From positions 682,001 through 746,000 of the forward strand of contig JAQGDQ010000004.1 of assembly GCA_030141605.1 (NCBI GenBank): a stretch of DNA of 64,000 nucleotides. The letters are read 5' to 3'. The DNA is from Tubiluchus corallicola (Eukaryota; Animalia; Priapulida). Both the position numbers and the translations under genes were made by a program. The number at the start of each line of letters is the position of its first letter. Position 1 is the stretch's first letter. Shown here piece by piece: positions 1-11,667 of the stretch. The notes beneath the pieces are model-generated. The model ran no database searches. It worked only from the letters and a program-made list of their open reading frames with translations, and had not been told where the DNA came from.

Positions 1-1219
1 TGGCCTCCAGGCAGAGATACAACTTGGTACATCGATGAAGCTCGGGTGATGAAAAATGCTGCTTCGGAAAAGTCTTGGATTCCTAGAAGATTTCACATTG
101 AGCACTGTTGAACTGAAGTTAATATCAAATATGAATAATCTGAAATAACTTTCTAACAATAAATTAGGAAGTATATTCCTAATGTCTCCGATCCAGATTT
201 AGAAGAAATGCGATTCTTATTGGTTCATAATTTTAAAGTAAAATAATATAATTAAAATTCAGGATACAGAACTGCCAAAAATAATGTTCAATAAAATGAA
301 TCTTAATGGTTTATTTATAAACTTATAAATCGGATAATATAATATGCGATATTTAAATTTTAATAATACAAGCTAATACAGCATAATGTAATATCATACT
401 TTGCATATTAAGTACTTCGCGTTACTCTGTTCTTCCAGGAATTCCTAGATAAGTCATTGTTATCTATGCTGCGCATTGCACCTTTTTTGCTATTTGGGAC
501 GTCTGCTAGATTGAACTTCATTGAAGAAGCGCTAAAATTTAACTTGCGTAAAAAATGTTTCAACTAGTAAACAATATTTGCCATTTAAAAGTATTAAATC
601 ATCTGGTGAAATGAAATAGTTGCTGAATGTTAAAAACGCGAACTTCTTTATAGGCGAATTTTTTTTATTAGCATTATCATTTTAAATCACAGATTGTTAC
701 TATACAAACCGAATTTTATTTTACATTTTACATTACAATAGAGTTTTAATAAAATAGTTATCACTATCTTTTTCTCCATTTATCTGCCTATCTACGTGTC
801 TGCCTGATTGCTTTTCTATCTATTTGTCTACTTCTCTATCTGTCATCTATCTTTCAGCTTATTTTGCTATTCCATACATCTCTTTCATCAATCTTACTGA
901 TATATGCAAGTGTATGTGACTATATATGTGCATATATCGTGATGTACGAGTAAATTAGAGTTGGGTAAGTATAATTTTAATGTCTCTCGGGGTCTTGCCT
1001 TCTCGCTACTTGAGCGGCAATTACTATTATTACGGGAATGCAGGTACTACAAGTACTCTACTCAGAATTAATGTCCTAGTAGGCACTTATAAATAACATG
1101 ATTATAAATCAAAGCAGAAAATGAATTAACTTAGCTGAAAATACAGCTCTCCTCTCCGCTGTAGTATAAATTAAATCCTTTATTCAATGTTATGAATCCT
1201 GCATTCCTTCATTACGATT

Positions 1220-2652
1220 GCATATCACTTCGCCAGGGCCCATTTCGCAGTGCGTCATTTCGCAGTGCGTCATTTCGCCAGTCTATCTTATGCTTAATAA
1301 CTCAAAAACTAGAAAGCCCTATAAGATCAAATTTGGTATGGGACCAACCAGAGGACAAGGGTCACCGGGACCTATGACCACTGGTCATTATTGGTCAAGC
1401 CGCTTAAATTATTAGCCAAAAACGCCACATTAAGATTTTCTTTGGCACCTTCTGGACGGCGTTGCTTACGACCTTTTTCAAATAGACAATAGATTCCGTT
1501 AGAGAAAGAAATCCTCTTTCAGAAGCTGTGCTTAGTTTTTGTCCAAACGCTTTAGCGTTTTCTGCATGTTAATACGAACGTTTTCTACATAAACTTTGTT
1601 AATTTTGAGGGTACGGCTTTAAGACTTTTCTTCAAAATTTTCAAGACCGTTTGACTCCCAAATACCTTAATTATGGACCATAAGCGCTCTTCAAACATGT
1701 GATCAACAACCAGCAATTATCAGTTTCCATCTTAGTTGGTCGTGCAGCTTTTATGTCCAGTGGCAAAGGGCTGGCGTTTTTTGGGATCTTAAACATCGTT
1801 GAAATTTCAGAAAAAAGGCTCCGCCCTTTAGGGTACTATCATGGTGAGGGTTTTATTTTCGCTACTGCCAAATAATGCAGGGTTACGACATTTTACTAGC
1901 GGTCAGTAACGCCAACTCTCCTGGCGATTTATTATGCAAAGTTCGTCTGCATAGGTGTAACGGCCAAAAGAATGTCCAAGATGGCCATGCCTCCGTCTTC
2001 TAGAGAGATGACATATAGTGAGGCTTTTGTTCCTGCTGTTGCCAAATAATGCAGGCTAATGCTCAGATGTCCACCTTCTAGCTATTCAGTGATCAAATTT
2101 CCTTTTGGTAGAATCTGCAGTTACTGGTTTACTGTTTTTGTATCCAAAAGAACACCCAACATGGCGCGCCCATGAATCCCTAAACATACGGCTGCCATTC
2201 AGTAAAAAAGCCTACACCAGGCCTATCAGACCTGCAAAGGCCTAAATTTTATTGCACTGTTTAACTTTAACTTTGTGCTTCTCAAAACTAGAATGCCAAG
2301 ATGGCACCAGCAGTGACAGTCCAATCGTCTATTACACAGCGACCATCCACTAAGGGCTGTCACACTGCGGCCGTTTTTCCGTAAATGCATAATGGCGAAA
2401 TGATGCACTGGCGAAGTGTACCACTATTTAAATATTTACCGCGCTATTTCTATCTGGTAAAATGAAACACTGGCGAAATGGTACACTTGCGAAGTGTAGC
2501 TCTATTCAAATACATACTGCACTATTTCTATTATAAACTGTCAAAACGAATCACTGGCGAAAAGACCCTATACAAACAAAATGCACTACGCACTGCCAAA
2601 TGATACGCTAACACTAACGGTGAAATGCTAACTGGCGATGTAGGTGATTACT
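1220..2652. mobile_element. Non-autonomous DNA transposon remnant with inverted subterminal repeat arrays
   Basis: The left end has repeated (c)atttcgc(c)agt motifs (1226-1283). The right end has several inverted actggcgaaat(g) copies (2392-2640). No coding capacity. Exact termini and target-site duplication are unresolved. Confidence 0.6.
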
Positions 2653-2737
2653 CTTCATTATACGAATTTATAGCATGAAACTTCTTAAAACTTAGTTTAT
2701 CACGTGATAGTCATTGCGTAATTGTGCTGCCCGTGCG

Positions 2738-5693
2738 TTGATGAAGCTGTTGCCAAAATGACGGAAAGCCGCTTGTCTCTCATTGAAACCCTTTCAGCGA
2801 GGATAATTGAAAATGAAATTGAAACTTTCTTTTTGTCGTCAATCAGGAAATCGTACACGTCTAAAGCTGAATTTAATACGAGGCGAGTTTCATTGGTGAG
2901 AATCGTAAAAGATCGAGTAAAACTGAATTAATCAAAATTGGCAGTCAGGAACGTTTATTTTCTGGGCTCTAACTGGTACCATTTCGCATCTATGTAGTTG
3001 ATGAGCATTCATTTGCACATCTAAATATACATACAAAATACACAACCACCCGCCGTATACGTATACAATTACAGAAAGACGATATGGTTTTACAACAACT
3101 AAATTTTCTTCCAACACTTAACACAGTTTCTTACTTCTTATAGGAGTATTGGTCCGAGCGCCCAATATTTTTGGCCTTTAGTTTCTCTACATCAAAGTCA
3201 AACGGCTCTTTGCCGCCGCCATACACTTTCTCTGGAAATTCCAGATACCGTAGTTCTTAGGATTAAGTTCCATTTTGCTTGACAACAAATCTTTATCAGT
3301 ACTTTATGTTCCCTGATGAAGACCATAATGTAAACTGGTTGATTTCTTTTTTGTATGTTTTAGGTGCTTTAAATGCATCGACGTTTCTATTTTTCAACTG
3401 ATGATTAGTTGAGATTGTTCCGGCATTTTCGGCCTTAACTACTACTTAGTAATTTAAAAAAACTACTAAAGTATAAATTTGTAACTTTCTCAGCCAAAAG
3501 CTAATGTATTGCAACATCAAACTGTGAAACTTAAACTTTGTAAAGCTCCTATTGTTATTGTAGTCTAAACGTCACACATGTTCCAACGCCACCTGAGATA
3601 TATTACAGTTTATAGCAAAAAGCAACTTTTTGCCAACTTTATAGAAACTATGATGTTTTATATTTTTTACCTACGTTTGCACGATTCAGTTTATTCTTTT
3701 GCTTTTCCTCCAAAATAATTAGGTAGCCCTTGATTGAGTTGTTCATAGATTCGATATACTTAGTGTCGGTGGGCTGCTAGTTAGATGCACGGAAGCCAGT
3801 GATAAGCTCATTCGACTCTATGACAATCAATAAACACTGGAGCTGTTGCAGTGGTCAATCAGCTGTCTGCGCATTACGCATTGTGTTCAGCTTGTGTCAA
3901 AGTTTACGTAAAATTTTGCTAGTACTTCATTTTAGTTCATTGATTACACGGCAGCAGAAAACGCTGGAATTGGCTTCGCGCAGCTAATCTGCAGGGTAAT
4001 GATCACTTTAGATAGAACGTAGGCGGTGGTAGTACGCAGTAAAAAAGTTTTCTCACAAACATACGATGAAATTGATTGAGAATTATTATTAACAATGTGA
4101 CGCACTGTGCACAAATTGAGCAACCTTTGTTCTTTGACGTGTGCATATAAGTCATTGGAAACAGCAGCAAATTTATGCGCAATTTACGTAAATCTGGAAG
4201 TTGACATTTGAAACTTTGATGAAGCTGTTGCCAAAATGACGGAAAGCCGCTTGTCTCTCATTGAAACCCTTTCAGCGAGGATAATTGAAAATAAAATTGA
4301 AACTTTCTTTTTGTCGTCAATCAGGAAATCGTACACGTCTAAAGCTGAATTTAATACGAGGCGAGTTTCATTGGTGAGAATCGTAAAAGATCGAGTAAAA
4401 CTGAATTAATCAAAATTGGCAGTCAGGAACGTTTATTTTCTGGGCTCTAACTGGTACCATTTCGCATCTATGTAGTTGATGAGCATTCATTTGCACATCT
4501 AAATATACATACAAAATACACAACCACCCGCCGTATACGTATACAATTACAGAAAGACGATATGGTTTTACAACAACTAAATTTTCTTCCAACACTTAAC
4601 ACAGTTTCTTACTTCTTATAGGAGTATTGGTCCGAGCGCCCAATATTTTTGGCCTTTAGTTTCTCTACATCAAAGTCAAACGGCTCTTTGCCGCCGCCAT
4701 ACACTTTCTCTGGAAATTCCAGATACCGTAGTTCTTAGGATTAAGTTCCATTTTGCTTGACAACAAATCTTTATCAGTACTTTATGTTCCCTGATGAAGA
4801 CCATAATGTAAACTGGTTGATTTCTTTTTTGTATGTTTTAGGTGCTTTAAATGCATCGACGTTTCTATTTTTCAACTGATGATTAGTTGAGATTGTTCCG
4901 GCATTTTCGGCCTTAACTACTACTTAGTAATTTAAAAAAAGTACTAAAGTATAAATTTGTAACTTTCTCAGCCAAAAGCTAATGTATTGCAACATCAAAC
5001 TGTGAAACTTAAACTTTGTAAAGCTCCTATTGTTATTGTAGTCTAAACGTCACACATGTTCCAACGCCACCTGAGATATATTACAGTTTATAGCAAAAAG
5101 CAACTTTTTGCCAACTTTATAGAAACTATGATGTTTCATATTTTTTACCTACGTTTGCACGATTCAGTTTATTCTTTTGCTTTTCCTCCAAAATAATTAG
5201 GTAGCCCTTGATTGAGTTGTTCATAGATTCGATATACTTAGTGTCGGTGGGCTGCTAGTTAGATGCACGGAAGCCAGTGATAAGCTCATTCGACTCTATG
5301 ACAATCAATAAACACTGGAGCTGTTGCAGTGGTCAATCAGCTGTCTGCGCATTACGCATTGTGTTCAGCTCGTGTCAAAGTTGACGTAAAATTTTGCTAG
5401 TACTTCATTTTAGTTCATTGATTACACGGCAGCAGAAAACGCTGGAATTGGCTTCGCGCAGCTAATCTGCAGGGTAATGATCACTTTAGATAGAACGTAG
5501 GCGGTGGTAGTACGCAGTAAAAAAGTTTTCTCACAAACATACGATGAAATTGATTGAGAATTATTATTAACAATGTGACGCACTGTGCACAAATTGAGCA
5601 ACCTTTGTTCTTTGACGTGTGCATATAAGTCATTGGAAACAGCAGCAAATTTATGCGCAATTTACGTAAATCTGGAAGTTGACATTTGAAACT
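2738..5693 (+). repeat. Tandem duplication, 2 x 1478 bp (2738-4215 and 4216-5693)
   Basis: Identical ORFs at 2932-3117 and 4410-4595 (offset 1478). The copies align end to end with about 5 substitutions seen by eye. Confidence 0.97.
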
Positions 5694-8612
5694 TGAAAGC
5701 TGAACATAGTGGAGTCCAGCATTGGAATAGTCCAAGCAGGTATGTCAATTTAACATGTTAGCATTTGTGAAGTAAATTATGATACAGAAACATAATTTAT
5801 TAGTTTCAAAACTATAAAAAAGCGCGTAGAGAACTATGTATTTTTGTTGCACGATTTAACCTTGGGTTCGTTCTTTGATTAGTTCGTTCGTTCATTTCTT
5901 CTTTAGCTCAATAGTTCCTTCGTTTACTCGCTCGCTTATCCGTTCGTTCGTCATCCATTTTTGATTTTGATTTTTGATTTAATATTTTATTTCAAACAGA
6001 GTTCATATACACATCACACGAAAACTTGTATTAACGAGCATTACAACAAATTAGATCAATGCGGTATATCACCCATTCAGTGATTGAACTTATTTAACTG
6101 TATCAGAGTGTCGAAATACATTGATTTCAATGCTACGTGTCAGCATTCGCCATTTTATTGACGGAAGTATAATAATTATTAAATGTGCATGGAAAATCAC
6201 TTAACGCTCAGCGCATATTTGTTGGCTTTTTAAATTTGATGGATTATTAAACAAATTAAGAGTACAAGCAATCCTTAAACTCACTGCAGGACACAAATGT
6301 GACTGAGCAATCTTTTTTCTTTCAAAGTATTTTAAGACTGCATTCTCTAATGTTTTGAAAGATTCAAATTTACATTTTTCCATATTTGATTTCAAACGCT
6401 TTGTTAGTCTTGAACTTAGTGGTAAACTTTTGCTATCAAGCCTCTGCAAAGTCCGTGGTTATAACAAAAGGTGACCACTGCTTTGTGTTTAATAGAACAA
6501 AATTAGTTCGAGAACTCAAGAGCGTGAATTATTACTGAATGAGTTTACTGAGCCAACAATGTAACCGTTATTCATAGGTTCTAGACGCCTACAAGACGGG
6601 CAATCCTATTTCTATAGTTTCACTGGCTCACAAGAGACTTTTGTCAGAAACGAAATTAATGAGCAATTACACCAGGTAAAAGACTCTGCTGCAATTTCAT
6701 GTTCAATTCATCTACGAGTGGCCCACCAAATAAGATAATATATGAGTATACCATATGGATGCCAGAAGACGAACTACTTGAAAATGGTGAATATGCCAGT
6801 CTAAAGATGTGATGTGTTAGTATTAACAATGAAAGAAAAAAACAACGTCTAGGTAATTTAATGGGATTTAGGAAAACGTAAAACTCATTGTCCGACATTA
6901 CCCCATTTTACCCTATATCACAACATTAAAGTAAAGTCGCGTTGATCTGATTTATTTTTATTCTCGTTAATGCAAGTTTTGGTGTTTATAAACAAGAAAG
7001 AGATAAAAGTGACCAATGAAAGTATATAAACACACTAAAAACAATAGATAAATTTAAATGTGCGTGACATACTAAATTCTAAAAGTTTTACAAAGTTTCA
7101 AATTTAAAAATTAAATTTATAGTAATACTGGCATTTTGAAATAATTTTGCCCGCATTACAATATCACATCATTCCTATTTATTTCATTGACGTTTTTTCA
7201 GCGTTTCTGTGAATTGGGAATGGCACGCTGATTGGTAAAGTACGAAATTGCCGAAGTTTTTTTACGGGCAAGTGGTACTTCAGTTGGCTGGCAGTATCCT
7301 TGGTTTCACTTACAGCTGTTAAGGTGTGGTCAGAACGCTGAATACACATGTCGGCACATAATCTTTTGTTGGGGGATTCAAAAACAAGTAGCACTACAAA
7401 ACACTTTATTATAACAAAGTATTGCTCAAACAATAGCGAATCTATCATACCCTCAGAATTTATGTGGAAGGCTCGTACATCCCACTGTTTGCAGCCTTGA
7501 GGGTTGTGTTCGGAACAGTAACCCAGAAACTGTGGGATTATTTTTTCCGATTAAACTGACTGGTCGCTACACCCCCGCCTTGTATATTAACTTACTATAC
7601 TCACGCGTGTCAGAAATGTGTAGCTGTCGAACGGGAAAGAAGCTATAAATTACCTTTTTGAATGAGAGAAAAACTATGAGTCTCTCGGCTTATAGGATGG
7701 TCAAGAAACTATGCGAATATCTGCCTGCGATATCCTGTGCGTCGAGTTTACCGAGCCGGCCCTAGTGGGAAATAAAATTTTCAAAATAAACCAATTAAAT
7801 ACCTATTATGTTTTTCTTATACTTCTCACTTTTTGAACTGCGTGTGCCTATTGTCATTTTGGACGTAGTTGCAGACTGGTAGTGGTTTGCTATTACGTGT
7901 CTTTTTATTAAATTGTCATCCGCACTTTCATCTTTAAAACGTGCTTAAACCCTGGTTTGTTACAGTTTTTAACGGTGATTTGGATAGTCTTTACAAATGT
8001 AAGCACATGATTTGAGAAACCAAGCAAATATACTGTAATTAGATTATTTGGTTTGTTGTTGATTGACTGGTAGCTATACTGTTTGTTCGTGTAACCTAAC
8101 TATTCATATAAACGTAGCCATATTAATCAATACAAATCCAATTGGCAACGTAAGGAAAATAAGTCAATTACTGTGCTTCTATGAAAGGGAAAAACTCACC
8201 AATAGTGTAATCTTGTTAGCGTTCTGCGTTGCCTCTCACGACTTATTTTTTCACTTCAGATAATGATTTCTTATTTGACACCTTTCCGATTTTTGATTAC
8301 CAATAATTAAGCCTGTGGAAGTGGACAGAGTTCAATTAAAGTAACAAGCTTTTCGTGCAAATGTCGAAGAATTTGGTGATTACAGTAATACAGTTTTTCA
8401 ACTGTGGAGGAAAAACACAGAGTGGCCGTTAGTGACAATGTAGCAAAAATGTACATATTTGCATACGTGCGAGTTAATAATATTGGCTTCTTTTAACTTA
8501 CTGGTGATTTAGTGGAAAGGTGCGTAAACATTAAACAGAACTGTTGAAAAAACTTTCAGAATACTAGATTCATCCTATATGACTTAAATGCTAACGAATC
8601 ATAATAGTTTTA

Positions 8613-8647
<35 letters not shown>

Positions 8648-8697
8648 TTGTTGTTGTTGTCGTCGTTGTTGTTGTTGTTGCTGTCATCATCGTCGTT
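8613..8697. repeat. (TTG)n microsatellite, degenerate 3' part
   Basis: Directly visible; explains the poly-Leu ORF 8588-8833. Confidence 0.95.
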
Positions 8698-9109
8698 ATG
8701 TATACTAGCTTATGAATGTTGCGGCTATTATTTCTGTGACGCAGAAAGCACTCTACATTCTAAAATATTGGAAAGAAATACTATTTTGCGAATAAAAATT
8801 ATCGGAGAATCGGTATGCTCAGAATACCAATGAAAGCGTTTAGTGTCTAGGCAAGCAAGTTCTGATACGATAAGTGAGCGGTTTGAGTAGCACAGTAATT
8901 AGTTTCTCATGCTTGCATAGACATAGCATAGTGAGAAATTAATATCAGATTATAAAGAGACTAAGTGGCTTATTTCAACAGTCATTCTGTAATATATTTT
9001 GCATTAGGTTTGGTGCACGGTATACAGTACGTCAATCAAGAAGGAATACTGGCGTCACGTTAAGGTAAGTGGTAAACTACGAACACTCAGTTCCAGGTTT
9101 TCAGGTTTA

Positions 9110-9170
9110 ATCAGTCAGTCAGTCAGTCAGTCAGTCAGTCAGTCAGTCAGTCAGTCAGTCAGTCAGTCAG
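9110..9170. repeat. (TCAG)n microsatellite
   Basis: Directly visible, followed by degenerate TCAG-like sequence. Confidence 0.95.
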
Positions 9171-10212
9171 ACGTCTGTAAGTAAGCTAGTTATGACCAGT
9201 CACTCGGTCAGTCAGGCAGTTAGCCAATCGTCAGTCATTCAGTCAGTAGTGAGTCTGTCAATGAAATACCGGCCAATCGATTTATTTAAAGCAAAACCGG
9301 ATCCATTCCTAAACTGTAGGTCAAAACAATCTACTCTTTAAAATATTCAAAGGAAATACACTGTATACTAGTTTTTCAAAAATGACTTACGTGAAAGAAT
9401 TATTACCACACAAACACAATTTCACGTTCGCGCCACTAGTTCTTTGCTGTTACATGTATTTCGCCATTCGCTAATTAGACGGGCATTAACGCCTACATTT
9501 TGGAAACGCAGTGCACAAAAAAGGTACTGTACATCTCCGTTCAAATGTGTTCGTTTTTGACGAACTACATACGTTCGACAGCGCATGCGTGGGCACAGCG
9601 GTAAATTTGAATTTGAATTTTTATCTTAAAACTTGCCTAGTTTTAGTACAACACACTGAATATCTTACAGTAGCACTGCACTTCAATTTTCGCTTTCGCA
9701 AACATACGCAACACGCTCGTAGAATATTTTTGCTGTTGAAAATTATGTTAGTTTGTGATGTCATCAATAGTTGAGCTCGCCCGCCGTTAATTAAAATTTA
9801 ATCTATTATTTAATTATCAGAAACGCTTTTGCAGTATTAATTGTGTTAAAATATATACTTTTTATCGGCTTGAAAATGGGGTAGTATATGAAAAATCATT
9901 GTTTTAAGTTTTTAACGTGCATTGGAAATAATTATTAAAAATAGTTTTCGATGCGAAAACAAATTGGACCTAATAATGGGACCTAATTGAAAGTTATATA
10001 GGCTACTGCCAATAAACTAAAGAGGCTAAGTGAAAATGTAATTTTTATGTGTAGCTACAATGAAGAACGTTAGATTTAAGACTGGAAGGAGGCTCTTAGC
10101 CATTCTATGGCCTAATTAATATGGGTTATAAGTCCCATGTACGTGTAGCTGCTTGGTATGTATGTAATACTCAGTATTTTTTGATATAAAAAGGTCACAA
10201 TATGTGCTTAGT

Positions 10213-10253
10213 AACCAAAGTTAAGCACTGCTTGGCCTGGTTAGTAAGTGGAC
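10213..10253 (+). pseudogene. 5S rRNA-derived fragment (pseudogene or SINE3 head remnant)
   Basis: accaaagttaagcactgcttggcctggttagtaagtgga resembles the animal 5S internal control region (approximately ACCGAAGTTAAGCAACGTCGGGCCTGGTTAGTACTTGGA). The flanking 5S sequence is absent. Confidence 0.55.
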
Positions 10254-10379
10254 TGCCTTTTATTCTGTCCAAATGAAACGCTTTTTGTCATTTGACGTAC
10301 CTATATCAAAACTTGACCAAGACACTGCTGCCTGTTCAGTATTTCATCTTATAGGGATTATCCTTAGTGACAACTTAGG

Positions 10380-11127
10380 GACTGGTCCTGCCACCGGTAC
10401 CGCTTTGGCGTATTAGCGTGTACGATTGGCTCACTGCATCAGGGTGTGCGATGACACTTGCCTTTCAGTGAGATGCGGTTGAGTAATAAATGTTTCTATT
10501 TTACAGAGCTGGGATCCTTTTGTTGTAGATTGATTAGAAACTTGAATATTTAGTGGGATCAGCAATGAGCTGCTATTATTAGCTATTCGCAATTTCACAT
10601 TTCTATAGCGAAACGTTGAGTAGGCACCGCACAAGACAGACATAATTTTGGGCGCTGCTGGTTTTGAAACATCCAGAAAGTGTTGCCGTTCCTGTCGGCA
10701 TTATTCACATTAATGCTGCACTTGCTGCAAATGTGCTCAAGACTGTGCATTCAAACAGAGATGGAGCCGAACTGGTCAGTTTCTTGTTAGTACGACCCGA
10801 CGACTCGACTGTTGACCTCCATAGTTTCAGGTACAATGGCGTAGCGCGTTACGTGCACTTAACGGGCGCACGCATTTTTATCGAAATACATGTAATATCA
10901 ATTCAGGTACGACACTTAGGTAGGAGAGATTCAGATACGTCACTTAGCAAAGACAAGCCTAAGTGCACGTAAGGCATTTACGTCGTAATGCAGGTAGGGC
11001 TCTACGACCAATAGTGCGTAGCTACGCACACGTAAGTGCCCTTCAGGATTTAGGAGCGATTTAAAATGACAAAAGTTCGTCATACGCACAGACTTTTCGA
11101 CTGAAAATTTACGAGTAGTCTCGGCCA
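10380..11127 (-). mobile_element. Possible decayed PIF/Harbinger-like element
   Basis: GC-richer island with repeated cttacg/cgtaag/cacttag motifs near a GGCC end at about 11126. The minus strand gives weak peptide echoes of Harbinger proteins (TFAASAALM..ADRNG; SGTGG). Highly degenerate. Confidence 0.25.
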
Positions 11128-11463
11128 CTCTTAGGTTATTACGTCAGTACTTTATATTCTTTTTATTTAAATTCGCTTGGCTTTATGCATCGTTAATATA
11201 CACAAATTGCACATGTTGATATGCACTGAGATACACACTATAATGCAATCGTTGTAAACAAAATCTACTTGTTAGCAGAGCAGCAGTCCAAGGTCAGATT
11301 TACGTTTTTGTATTACAAACCAACTCTAAATATCGTTAGTAGGAATTTTGAAACACGTGTTACTCAAATTTCCCCATAAAAATGAAGTTTCTCATTTACT
11401 AGAGCTCATTAATTATTCATAAACTAATTTCAAGACCCGTTATTCATGATCTAATGAACCCAC

Positions 11464-11667
11464 AGTTATTAAATTTTAATAATGTACTATGGAAAAGAAA
11501 TGTGAAACAAGTCGGAACAGAAACTGATTTTGAACTAGGGACCTTTTTGTTACCAAATGTATGCAAATGGTAACAGTAGTCGCACTCGCTTTGTAAGCCA
11601 GTGGTTTCTAGTTCAAATCCAGGTTCTGATCCAACTTTTTCTCGTTTTATTGCAAAATTTAATAACC
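11464..11667. mobile_element. Palindromic (hairpin) element built from inverted tRNA-like halves
   Basis: 11509-11543 (aagtcggaacagaaactgattttgaactagggacc) is the reverse complement of 11603-11637 (ggtttctagttcaaatccaggttctgatccaactt) at 28 of 35 positions. Outer arms are gttattaaatttt and aaaatttaataac. A B-box-like AGTTCAAATCC is present. Confidence 0.6.

Noticed and set aside
2690-3020. Minus-strand frame interrupted only by TGA, suggesting TGA=Trp/Sec recoding or a mitochondrial insert
   Set aside because: The pattern is expected from NNT-GAN codon pairs in the neighbouring frame. There is no recognisable mitochondrial or selenoprotein motif.
6190-6915. Possible pogo/Tigger-like transposase remnant (FKTLENAVLKYF) with a TIR-like end near 6885-6915
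   Set aside because: The similarity is too short and no matching second terminus was found.
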